The position numbers were made by a program, and so were the translations under genes. Source: Microthyrium microscopicum (Eukaryota). Taken from it: DNA of 64,000 nt. Location of the stretch: NCBI GenBank assembly GCA_010405405.1, contig MU004230.1:1274627-1338626 (forward strand), given 5' to 3'. The notes under the pieces are model-generated. The model was not told the origin of the DNA. It did not search any database and saw nothing but the letters and a program-made list of their open reading frames with translations. Below, one piece after another: positions 23,801-35,720 of the stretch (position 1 is its first letter; the number at the start of each line of letters is the position of its first letter).

Positions 23801-26461
23801 ATGCGTTTGGCGAGGTCTTTGGCACTGACAAGTCCGCGTCTTTTGCGACCACAACTTTTTTCCATCAAGACCTATCCAAGATGTTTTCATCAGTCGAAGA
23901 AGCTAAGAGCTGGGAATCTTATCGGAGCAGACAATGTCTCTAAGACCCGGAATATAGGCATCATTGCTCATATTGATGCAGGAAAGACAACCACGACGGA
24001 GCGCATGCTCTATTATAGCGGCTATACAACAAGAATTGGAGATGTCGACGATGGCTCTACAGTGACAGACTTTCTTCCGGCTGAAAGAGCAAGGGGGATT
24101 ACGATTCAATCTGCTGCTATCACCTTGCACTGGCCCCCAAAGTCATCAACATCCTCAGAAAAGGTCTTACCAGGACAGCCATTGTCTTCAATTTCCCACG
24201 ATATCAATTTGATCGATACGCCAGGTCACGCAGACTTCACCTTTGAGGTACTTAGATCACTGCGCGTACTTGATGGAGCTGTTTGTATCCTAGATGGTGT
24301 CGCTGGCGTAGAAGCCCAGACGGAAATTGTCTGGTCACAAGCCAGTAATTATGGAATTCCAAAGTTGATCTACATCAACAAACTGGATCGGACTGGTGCC
24401 GAGTTCTCCAGAACTGTTCAAGAGATTGCTTTGAAACTTCGAGTATGGCCCGCTGTATGTCACATTCCTTGGTGGCAGGGTTCAAACCGACAGTTTTGTG
24501 GGATTGGAGACGCAATCAACCTGAGAGCACTTGAATGGGAAGAAGGGAGTGATGGTCGATCAATCAAAGTAAAGACTTTGGCCGAACTCCAAGAGTCCGA
24601 TGCTGTATTCGCAACAGAAATTACCAAAGCCCGCATAGCTCTGGTAGAACTGCTGAGTGAACATGACGACATCATGGTGGAACAGTTTCTGGAAAACGAT
24701 GAAAATCATCTGGCCATTGCTCCACTTGCACTCATCGAGTCACTCCGGCGGTGCACTCTGCAACAACCACAGGCCGTCGCCCCTGTGTTTGCTGGAGCCA
24801 GCTTCAGGAATATAGGCATACAGCCATTAATGGATTCAGTGGTAGACATGTTACCATCCCCTTCTGAAACCAGCGACTCCGATATCTCAATGAGTGGGAT
24901 CCAAACCAAGCTCCGTCCATTTTTGGAGGGCAAAGTTCAACTACAGTCTTCGTTATCGAGTAGACGAGCAGCAACTAAAATCTCCCTTACAAACATTCAA
25001 GCATGTGCTTTGGCATTCAAAGTAGTCAACGACGCCAAGCGCGGAGTTCTTGTGTACGTTCGCGTCTACTCTGGTGCTCTACAGCAAGGCTCGGCGTTGT
25101 TTAACACAACTCTGGGCGTTGGAGAGCGTGCATACAAGCTAATGAGGATGTATGCGTCCGATGCTGTTGACCTCAAAGAAATTGAAGCTGGCCATATTGG
25201 TGTTATAGCGGGTCTGAAACATACGCGAACTGGAGACACCTTAATTTGCTACTCTGGAATGAACTCCAAGACGGGCCCTCCAGCTCCGGTCAACAGCCTG
25301 CAACTGAAACCGATTACAATTCCTCCGCCAGTATTTTTCGCCAGCATTGAACCGCAGAGTCTCGCTGAAGAGAAAGCGGTAAGCAATGCTTTGGATATTC
25401 TGCTCCGTGAAGATCCTAGTCTCCATGTTTCTACTGACCCCGAGTCTGGCCAAACACATCTTTCTGGGATGGGTGAACTGCATCTTGAAATAGCTTGCGA
25501 TCGATTGATTAAAGATTTCAAAGCCAAGGCAACGGTCGGGAAGATCGAAATTGGCTATCGAGAGACTATCACGGAGTCATCTGGTGAAAGCAGGATTACC
25601 ATCGATCGCGAGATTGGTGGCAAAGCAACACACGCAGTGAGTGTGTCGTCTGTTGAACCACGAGATGTGAACGACAGAGTCGATCAAATGCACATCTCTC
25701 AGGAGGACGATACTACAACCATTCTCCTACAAGACAATAACATCCTAACGGTTCACCATCCCGCATTTGACTCCTCAGGGTCTGCCATCAATGCGCAAGA
25801 CGCGTCCTTGCCACCGGGACTGAGCTTTAAATCTATTCTTGTCGCTATTCAAGCTGGTGTAGCCGCTGCATTGGCTCGCGGGCCGAAATATGCACTCCCA
25901 GTACATTCTGCAAATGTGAATATGCAGTTATCGCCCAAGGATCACATTTCCACAGACACCACCACGGGGGCCATTGCATTGGCCTCCAGAAAATCAGTTC
26001 AGGCGGCATTGAAAGCTGCGTGTGATAAACGGGACTCGACCCTTCTGGAGCCGGTAATGCTTGCAACCATCACCGTACACGAAGGCGATCTAGGGTCTGT
26101 GGTTCACGATATTACAGCAGCACGGGGTGGTCAGGTACTGTCTTTAGGGGAAGATGACGCGGCAATGTCTACCACTGGTGAAAGACTAGACCAAAGGGAA
26201 GAGTGCGTCATTGATCTAAAAAAAGTATACACGCCCCCGGACCCGTTCACTTCAGGCGCGGCTCAAATTTCCTCTGATAATGCTGCCCAAATAAGACGCC
26301 AAATTATAGCCAGGGTTCCTCTCAAAGAGATGGTTGGGTACCTGAAACACCTCAGAAGCTTGACGGGCGGAAGGGGCACGTTTTTGATGCAGGTCGACCG
26401 GTTTGAGCCAGTTCGCGGCCAACGGTTGAAGAAAACTGTCAACGAAATCCGGGGTTTGTAA
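23801..26461 (+). CDS. MEF2: Mitochondrial ribosome-releasing factor 2 / EF-G2mt
   Basis: Arg/Leu/Ser-rich presequence, then RNIGIIAHIDAGKTTTTERMLYYSG, TDFLPAERARGITIQSAAIT, LIDTPGHADF, NKLD, GMGELHLEI and LRSLTGGRGTF. Confidence 0.95.
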   Translation: MRLARSLALTSPRLLRPQLFSIKTYPRCFHQSKKLRAGNLIGADNVSKTRNIGIIAHIDAGKTTTTERMLYYSGYTTRIGDVDDGSTVTDFLPAERARGITIQSAAITLHWPPKSSTSSEKVLPGQPLSSISHDINLIDTPGHADFTFEVLRSLRVLDGAVCILDGVAGVEAQTEIVWSQASNYGIPKLIYINKLDRTGAEFSRTVQEIALKLRVWPAVCHIPWWQGSNRQFCGIGDAINLRALEWEEGSDGRSIKVKTLAELQESDAVFATEITKARIALVELLSEHDDIMVEQFLENDENHLAIAPLALIESLRRCTLQQPQAVAPVFAGASFRNIGIQPLMDSVVDMLPSPSETSDSDISMSGIQTKLRPFLEGKVQLQSSLSSRRAATKISLTNIQACALAFKVVNDAKRGVLVYVRVYSGALQQGSALFNTTLGVGERAYKLMRMYASDAVDLKEIEAGHIGVIAGLKHTRTGDTLICYSGMNSKTGPPAPVNSLQLKPITIPPPVFFASIEPQSLAEEKAVSNALDILLREDPSLHVSTDPESGQTHLSGMGELHLEIACDRLIKDFKAKATVGKIEIGYRETITESSGESRITIDREIGGKATHAVSVSSVEPRDVNDRVDQMHISQEDDTTTILLQDNNILTVHHPAFDSSGSAINAQDASLPPGLSFKSILVAIQAGVAAALARGPKYALPVHSANVNMQLSPKDHISTDTTTGAIALASRKSVQAALKAACDKRDSTLLEPVMLATITVHEGDLGSVVHDITAARGGQVLSLGEDDAAMSTTGERLDQREECVIDLKKVYTPPDPFTSGAAQISSDNAAQIRRQIIARVPLKEMVGYLKHLRSLTGGRGTFLMQVDRFEPVRGQRLKKTVNEIRGL

Positions 26462-27400
26462 AGAATTGAGAGACATCGAATGCAAATGTTTCGTTTCTCT
26501 TTCCGCCATCTACGGATATAACCAACCTGAGATCCATTTTTATCCAACTGAACGCGCACTTTTTAATCTATGGAATACTTCTAGAAGTTGCTATTTCTGG
26601 CCGACTCTGCAACTTCTACGGAACATTTTGCCAACTCACTATGATGCCACATTATGCAGAATTACCTGGACAACTTGAAGGCCGTATCCAATGCCCTGTT
26701 CTGATTCTGGGGTTTATTTTTATCAACTGTTCAATCTTGTTGTATCACCACAATTTCCTTTACCCAACGGCCAGCGGCCGCAATCATGGGACTGTACCAC
26801 AAAATTGAGAAGGATATAGGATTCGTTATCAAGATCAATATTTCAGTTATCTCATTAAAGGGTCTACCCCGACCCGTCACATGGTGAGACATTCAGTGGT
26901 GATAAGGAACAGGCGGGTTATACAAGCTCGAGCAAGCAGCTCTTCCAAGCTTCAGATCTTCAATTGATCCAAAGCACATTTGTAAGAGTACCCCAAGCTG
27001 TTGTGGCCAATAGACTTGTGGCAACAATATAGCTTAAAGGACAAATCCACCCACCCCTGCTGGCCACAAAGATGCCAAGGCCCTGTCTTATGGAAACATC
27101 CGAGATGCAGGAGACTTTATGGATGTGGCTGGCAGCCAGCAGACCCATCAAACGACGGATCGTCCCTATCGACGTTTTCACGCCGAGGCGTGCAATATAT
27201 GCTCTGGAGCTTTGCCTCACAGTCCAGCGTTGATTCTTGAACATCATGTCTATCATGTCTATCATACGATCCTTGAAGAGGTCGAAGATCTGGACTTACC
27301 ACGATCAATCATTTCAATCCGGTAACTAAAGTTCTAGACGGACGTCGATGCTAGCCTATTCAAGTCTTAAGATGTACTTTATAGGAGCTTAAAGTGAGTA

Positions 27401-27627
27401 CCGTTTTCTTCCTTTCAATTGACGCATTCTAGCGCCGGATTTTACGGTGATGGAAGCTTTTAGGCCTGCGCCAAAAGGGGCAAAAGGGGGTATCTAAGCT
27501 CTTTAAAGGGACAACTTAAGAGACTTTGTAGCGAGTTGTTTATAAAAGTAGGGGTACGAAAGCCAAATAAGCCACCAATTCGGTCAAGCCCCGCGCTAGA
27601 ATGCGTCAATTGAAAGGAAGAAAACGG
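27401..27627. mobile_element. 227-bp MITE of the Tc1/mariner-pogo type
   Basis: Perfect 35-bp TIR CCGTTTTCTTCCTTTCAATTGACGCATTCTAGCGC at both ends, flanked by TA (27399-27400 and 27628-27629). No coding capacity. Confidence 0.9.
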
Positions 27628-28092
27628 TAGGCTCCATGCATCAGCAATGCATAGGACAACAAGAAGGCAATGCAGCCCTGGTCTATCCCGCCACTGCTCA
27701 ATTCCCGGTCCAGTTCCTATTTCTCTCATTCTTACAGGTTCTTATTGCTAGTAAAGTTGAAATCGCACGGACGCTGCATACTTAATATCTTACGCAGTGG
27801 TAGCTGCACTCACAGCCCATGCCCTGAATGGAGCTCAGTGCACTGATATCATACAACAATATGGACGGGTTGGCGCAATTGCAAGAAGCCAGCATGTTCC
27901 AGTATCATAACATGAAGTATAGTGTCTTGTCCGGGGCATACACTTGAGCTCTTTATAATTCGGATCGGATCCGCTCCAAGATCGGTATCTCGAATCAGTA
28001 TCAAAATCACCACCACAATATTACACTCTTTTCAAAAATATCCTTCACGTACAACTTAACCTATTGTCCTGGTTTGCTTTCGGATTGAAGAG

Positions 28093-30572
28093 ATGTCTAG
28101 CCGCAAAGCACCCGGTGACAAGGGCGGCGGCGCGATTGAATTGATCGAATATGCTGAAGGCAAAGGATCAGATAGCCTAAGCGATGCTGAGAAACTAGAG
28201 ACCGAATCTCGAACACTTTCACATGATGACGATAAAACTTACAACAAGCCACCAGATACCGCAAGAGATCTCGTATCTGAAGTCTTGATGGTTGACGACG
28301 ACCCATCACTCAACCCCTGGACATTTCGAACATGGTTTGTTGGAATTGGCATTTCAGTATTTGCCTCTATCATCACATCGATAAACACATTCAAACCTCA
28401 AGCAGTACATATTCACACAGTCTTTGTGGTCGTTATCGCGTACCTCATGGGTCTCGCTCTTGCTGTCATCTTGCCATCCAGAGGCAGAATTGGAAAGATA
28501 CTAAATCCCGGACCATTCCACAAGAAAGAACATGCCGCCATCATCGTTATGGTTGCGGCAGCGTCAAGTACACCAGAGGCCATGCACGTTGTCGCTGTTC
28601 AACGGCTGTTCTATGACATCGAAATTAGCCCACCAATTGCATTCTTTCTCATCCTGTCAACTCAAATGCTTGGATTTGGAGTGGCTGGATTACTTCGAAA
28701 AACTCTGGTCTATCCAGCGAAGATGCTCTACCCGGCCAATCTACCAACTGCATCCCTTTTGGAAAACCTCCATCGGGATCGTGCCGCTACCGCAAAACGA
28801 ATGAGAATATTCTATATCTCATGCGGTACTCTGTTTGTCTGGCAACTATTCCCGCAGTACATCATGCCACTGTTAGCCGGTATCTCTATCTTCTGTTTAA
28901 CGAATCAGAAGAGTTTGTTTGTAACCAACCTGTTTGGTGGGTCCATGGCGAACGAAGGTCTTGGTGTCTTGAGTATATCACTTGACTGGACGATGATAAG
29001 TAAGTTGAGCTGCCAAAAGCGAATGCCGATCTGTACTAACCAAGGAAAATAGACTCTGGAGGAAGTCCACTGTGGATGCCTTTCCAAACTCAAGTCAACA
29101 CCATGTTGGGTTATATATTGTCCATCGGTATTTTCATGGGACTGTTCTATTCTAACGCCTGGAATGCGCGCAAGTTTCCCTTTTTGTCACCACTCATGTT
29201 CTCAGACAAATCTACACCGACCAAATATGTCGTCTATAACCAAACCGCAATCCTCGACAAGAACTATCGGGTTCAAGAACATTTGCTCAACGTCCAAGGC
29301 CTACCCAATCTGACATCATCCCACGCATTCGCAATGAGCATCCGTAACATTGGAATCACAGCTTCCGTGGCACATATGATGCTCTGGCACTGGGAAGACA
29401 TCAAGTCAGCTTTCGCATTTCTCAGCGCATCATCGTTTGCGACATTACTCAAGCCTAAGCAATGGAATTTGAAGTTCTGGCAACACAAGCCGACTAAGCT
29501 CACCCGCGAGGAAGCTGATGCTATATGTCCCCATTATGGTCTAATGCAGGCATACGATGAAGTACCTGGTTGGTGGTTTGGCCTAATCTGGGTCTTCTCA
29601 GTGGTAGTTGGCTTAACAACCAGTACCATTGCAGGATCTACTCTTCCTTGGTGGGCCTTTTTCGTTGCCATTGCTGTCTCCGCGGCGTCTTTGACCTTCT
29701 TTGCTGCACTCACAGCAATGTACGGTTTCAGTCTTATGGTCCAACCTATCATTCAAGCCCTGGGAGGTGTCCTCGTACCTCAAAAGCCCATTGCCAATCT
29801 TTACTTTTCAACCTTTGGGTTCAATTCTCTTTACCAGGCGAAGCTCATGCTGGTCAGTAATCTCATGTCATTAAGAGGGCCTTAACTAACTCCTTCGCAG
29901 AAAGATCTTAAGTTGGGTCAATACGTCCATTTACCACCTCGTTGCACCTTTGTCATGCAGATCTTTGGTACTGTCATTGGCTGTCTGTGCTCATACCTCA
30001 TGATGATGAAAATCACTACCGAAAAGCGGGATATCCTTCTCGCAATCCAGGGTACCAACGTCTGGTCCGGTCAAATGCTTCAATCCGCCAACTCCGCAGC
30101 TATCGGCTGGGGTGGCTTGGGTGCAAAAATGTACTCGCCAGTGGGAAAATATCCTTTCGTTTCAATTGCGTTCTTCGTTGGCATGGTAGCACCACTTCCA
30201 TTCTGGCTCATCCATAAAGTTGCCCCGAAGCTACGCCTCGATTACTGGAACACTGCCATTATCACCTCTGCCATGGCCATCCTTGATCACGGCACACACT
30301 CCGCTCTCCTTGTTCATTACGCCACAGGATTCTTCTCTCAGCTCTATCTCCGCAAGTATCGTACCAATTGGTTCATCAAATACAACTACGTCTTATCCGC
30401 CGGTCTCGATGGAGGCGCTGCTTTCATCAGCTTCCTCTTGACATTCACCGTTTTCGGAGCTGGCGGCAAAGTTGTACCATTCCCACCATACTGGGGTAAC
30501 AATTTCCAGAAAGGAAACTACGATTACTGCATGAAAGATCCCGGTTTGGGATCACACAAGAAGGCACATTAA
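28093..30572 (+). CDS. OPT-family oligopeptide transporter, 3 exons
   Basis: Motifs DDDPSLNPWTFRTW, NPGPFHKKEH, KDLKLGQYVHLPPR and KYNYVLSAGLDGG, with many transmembrane segments. Introns at about 28999-29052 and 29853-29900. Confidence 0.95.
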
Positions 30573-31574
30573 ACACCTGTTTGATACTTAGCGCGGCGCC
30601 ATTCTGATTCTTTATTTAATTGTTTCGCATTACCATATACCACACATCACGGCGGAGTTTTGGGCATCACTTGGTGCTGGCATTCTGTATTTAGAGCGAC
30701 GAGTTATTGGTTTAGATAGACAGCAGATCTGAAATCATGGTCCCATGGAGGCGAAAGTCGATTTGTATATGATACAACTTCTAGGGTTGGGGGTCCAATA
30801 AAATGATCTACAAAGACGCTCGTCCGATTATATCGATTGTGATAAGATTAGTCTAGGATACATGGCCAAATTTGGGCCGGAGTCACCGGATAGCTCACGG
30901 CTTTGTATAATAGATTAGATCGCTTCTTGATCTTGCAAGACTGCTTACGCGGCTGGAGTGCCGAGACTTTTATACTCACTCCGGGGTTGGTGCGTAGGTC
31001 AGTGTACATATTCGTTTAATGCATGTACCATGAGAGCCTCAGCTCATTCTGGGTTTCAAGGATTCTCAATGGGGATTTGTAAAAGCATTTCGAGAGCGTT
31101 TTGAATCTCTACCTTGCAACAAAACCTGCTCTCAGGAGCGAAGGCTAGCATTTGATAGAAAGCAGCATTCTTGAGTGAATGCTGGAGTCGTATGTTATGG
31201 CTGCGAAGTGGAATCATGCTATGACTTACAATATCTATTAGCATGTTTCCGTTCATCCCCTACAAGACGGTGCTACTTGTATTTCGCCTTTTCTGCAACT
31301 TCCTCTTCGTCAAGTTTGTAGGCTCCTTCTAGTCCTCCACTTGATATTCGAAAACCTTGTAATGTTCAATACCTTCATTTGCTATGGAGGTCATATTTAT
31401 TTAAAAAATCTATAAAGCGTGAAATGAAACGAATATATGCGTCACTATTACCGATCATAGTAGACAACGAATCTGAACATAGCCCGCTGGATGAGTTCCG
31501 ATTCTTAGGTACGCATATGAGACTGCTAACAATAACTTGATTGGTGGCCAATGGGTGAGGTTCCCCTTTTGCCT

Positions 31575-32861
31575 TCAGGCGGCTTCGTACAGGTCTTGCA
31601 GATTCTTAGGTAAACGGTCTTGTTGTTTCCATCTCTTAGACTCCTGGTGTAGAGCTTCATACTCCGGAGAAGGGAAGCAGCTATACTTTCCATAATCGAT
31701 GTATCGAGTGAAGACTCTGACATGAGAATTCTGGTCGCCTGTCACAGCATCGACGTCCTTCGTCAGCATGTCCTTCATCTTTGGACTCATGGTCTCCATA
31801 GGTGCTGTTTGGAAAGTCATTTCACAAGGACAGCATGGACACCGATAAAGTCCGCTTGAAAGCGGCAGCTTGGCGATTTGCTGATACTCGCTTTCGTTGC
31901 GATGACTGCTGATACGATCGTTGTAGCCGTCATACTTATGACCTGTCATTTCAGCAGCCGCTTCGCGCAAGGCGGTACTCTGGAGGATGCAGGTCAAGCC
32001 ATGGACAAAATCTCCTCCAATATCCAAGTCGCGACGCACTGCCATGAGTTCGGCAAGGTCGGCTGACGTGATGGTGTTTTCGCCAGGCTTATGGAGACTG
32101 TATGCCTCCATTTTGATGAGGAGATGATCTTGGACCATCTTTGCGCTGCGGATCTGGGCCCAGCCATTGATCTTCTGTGGATTGTCCTCGGGCCGGCAGT
32201 CAATTGCAGTGGCTGGTTGACCAAAGCTGGGACCATACTTGTTTGCTCTCAGCATGAGAAATGCATCTTTCCACCACAGGGTCCGGCTCCAGGTGCAATA
32301 CATGCCTGGTTGGCGATGCCAATGACGGTCAACATAGGGCATGAAATTTTGACATTTCGGGTGGCTGGGAACGGTCCTACTCGGGCGGTCATAGTTGTTG
32401 GCGTGAATATCGAAAGAATCAGCTTCCGCCCGCTGGAGGACATTAGCATTTGAGTTGTAATCATACCTACTGTTGGGGTTTTTGACTTACCTTGGACAAC
32501 TCACGACCACGGTTGCGCGGATGATAGCTATGACACTTATGGCAGAGTATCATATCTGGAAGAGAGCCATCGAAATGAAATAGAAATCTTAGGTGGTTTT
32601 TGCGGTCCTCGGACGACATGGACGTTTTAAGCTTGACGAATGGTTCCGGACCGACATAGAGAAACATCCATTTCGACGTGCAGCCAAGCATCACTTCATC
32701 GCAAGTATCGAGATAAGAGGTTACTGCATTCACTTTTAGCTGAAGGCAGCAATAGAAGTAACAGTCTTTCTATGACGACTGCAAGATTTAATGCTTTGAG
32801 GGAGTATCTTACTCTCTTGCAAAAGCTCCAGTGGAAGCTGGCCGATGTAACAACAGGACAT
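31575..32861 (-). CDS. F-box-like hypothetical protein, 3 exons
   Basis: Splicing gives MSCCYIGQLPLELLQEITSYLD (F-box-like), then CHKCHSYH. A second intron joins in frame to ORF 31575-32342, which contains CPCCPCE. Confidence 0.7.
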
Positions 32862-33402
32862 GACTGTTCCCTCGAAGGTAGATGCTTTTTGAAGGCGACG
32901 GTATTAATCGGACGTAAAAAGCGGTAGACAAAGGTCGAGATAGGCGTTATGACGGGCAATAAGATGAGGCTGGTGCATAAAGAACATTAGACAGTAAGTC
33001 AAAGCGTGACTGGTGTTGAGCCAGAAGTTGTCAAATCGACTTTGTTAGCGAACGCATAGGTACAGCTGATTTCGCAACATGGAGTAGGTACAGTGATATT
33101 GAGTACTAGTAGTACTAGAGGTACTAAGTGATGTGGCCACAAAACATTTTTATGGTACAGCGGTACTACTTGTCACTGGAGTACCGCACCGGCTGTTGAG
33201 GCTCGGCGCCTCACTAAATTAGGTACTGTGTCGGACATCTATCGAGCTTTTCAAAGGAGCCTACAATCTTCCATAGACACAACTACGAAGTTGATCAATG
33301 ACAGAAAATCTGGTTGATTCAGGAAGTAGATGAAGTTGCGAAGCACTTACTCTAAAAAGTGCATCTCTGACTCCATTCCCCGCACATCCAATATTTTCCA
33401 TC

Positions 33403-34679
33403 ATGCCCACTCTCTGCGTCCAGTGTTCCAAAGATCGCGCCGTAATAGTACGACCGAAAAACCATCAGAAACTTTGCAAGAAATGTTTCATCACAACGTT
33501 CGAGACGGAAATACACTTTACCATCACCTCCAACAACCTCTTCCAGCGTGGTGAACGTGTCGCCATAGGCGCCTCAGGTGGCAAAGACAGCACAGTTTTG
33601 GCCAGTGTACTCAAGACACTCAACGCCAGATATGATTACGGAGTCGAACTGCTTCTCCTCAGCGTCGATGAAGGCATCCGAGGCTATCGGGATGATTCGC
33701 TGGAAACCGTGAAGAGAAATGCGGTGCAATATGAAATGCCCTTGACCATCGTTGGCTATGACGAGCTATATGGCTGGACTATGGATCAGGTTGTCGAGCA
33801 GGTTGGCAAAAAGGGCAACTGTACTTATTGCGGTGTCTTTCGACGACAGGCTTTGGATCGGGGAGCTGCTACACTCGGCGTTGAGCATGTTGTTACCGGC
33901 CATAATGCTGATGATATGGCGGAGACTGTCTTGATGAACTGTGAGTTGCCATGTATTTCATCACGACCTACGATCTAATCAATCCTATAGTATTGCGAGG
34001 AGATATTGCTCGCCTCTCGCGGACAACGTCCATCATAACATCAACTCCATCAGCGACAGCTGTCGCCAATCCAAATGTTCTTGCAAATATCAAGCGAAGC
34101 AAGCCGCTCAAATACGCGTACGAGAAAGAAATTGTCTTGTATGCACATCACATGTCTCTCGATTACTTTAGCACAGAGTGTATATACTCGCCTGAAGCAT
34201 TCCGCGGTAGTGCACGAGCGCTGATCAAGAACCTGGAACGGATCCGACCCAGCACCATCCTTGACATTGTTCGCAGCGGAGAAGACATGGCCCGTCTATG
34301 TCCCGGCTACGAGGATAATTGTCGTGCTGGATGCAACACTGCTGCGCAAGGCGAAGAGGAAGAAGCTGGCTGCGGAAGCTCAGTTGGACGGTCTGCGGGC
34401 GGAGAGATGCAAAAGCTCGAGGCGATTCTAGCTCAGCAACACATCAGCGAAGACGGGAATTCGAATGGTCATTCGATTGAAGTCGAAGTCAAGAAGGTGG
34501 TAACAAGGGTCTCGAAGGTAAAACCATCGAAGAAGGCACCAGTCCAGCAAACTGTTGGACAATGTGAGAAGTGTGGATACATGTCCAGTCAGCGCGTTTG
34601 CAAAGCTTGCGTTTTGCTGGAGGGACTAAACAAAGCTCGGCCAAAAACGGGTATCCATATCGCAGACGGGTATATTTGA
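33403..34679 (+). CDS. NCS6: Cytoplasmic tRNA 2-thiolation protein 1, 2 exons
   Basis: PP-loop [41 protein letters not shown] and a C-terminal [16 protein letters not shown]. Intron 33941-33990. Confidence 0.96.
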
Positions 34680-35720
34680 AGTGCAGAGCTCAAGCTGATA
34701 TTGGGCGCTCGACACCAAATATGCGCGTGCCGACTCCGCGTCAACATCGCGATGTGCGGGCTTTTGCTAGGAAGTTAGGAACATGCGAGACTGGATATGC
34801 CAGTCGCGTGAGCCATCGTCAGGTCTATTCGAGCAACTGTCGATTGTGTAATCATCAGGAGTAAGACCGAATGAGACATGTTCTCTCGCAGAGAAGTTTT
34901 CTGGTGCGAAGAACCATGGTTCTGGAGGAGTGATGGACCCTCCAAACCTCACGCTGGGCAGGGAATGCTCATTGGTGCATGTGTACGATTTGTCCTAGTC
35001 TGGCAGTATTGGTGATAAGCAAAAACAATAATGAAGAACTCGGATTGTGAATAACAGACAATGGAGTCGGCTCTCAGAGTCTCAGCTCTCAATAGTGAAC
35101 TGATCAACAGACAATGAACTTTTGAAAGCTCAAAAGCTCAGAAGATGTATGCAAGGGTGTATCCCTGTCTTTATGGCGATTAGATTCTGATCCCGGGGTT
35201 AAGATGCGACGCACAGCCCAAGTCTGCAACTAGCGGCCTTGGCACCTCTTTCGCGGCTTCCATTACTGAAGTTGCGACAAACCACCAGCACTCCATCTCA
35301 ACCTTTCCCACCTCCTGATGACCACCTAAACTTGTCGCCCCACCCTTGTCTAGTTACTCCAAAGCTGCCGAGATTCTTCGAGGAGCTTTTCTCATTTCAA
35401 TCGCTTGATAGCAAGCTGTTGTTCGCATTCAGGAGCAGTCGCTGTATTGCAGAACCGTCTCCCACCCTGTAAGTCTTTTTGCGACTAAACTGGTCTTCGC
35501 GCAGCTCCCCAAGCCAGCTGTATCATCTGGATGAGGTTTCCATACATTAGAACCTCAGCCGTCCAGTCAATTTCTGCCCAGTCGCTGTAGTAAACACTTT
35601 GCAAAGCTGTTCAAGCTAACCGACTTGTGTGCAGCTAGCTGTTCATCGAGTCTGACGCGAACGATGACCCGAGCTCTTTGACCAAACTCTCCATCGGACA
35701 AACTCGTGGTCTACTTAGTT

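Noticed and set aside
26960..27325. Cys-containing short frames resembling a small effector remnant
   Set aside because: No signal peptide, and the frames are interrupted. Too weak to call.
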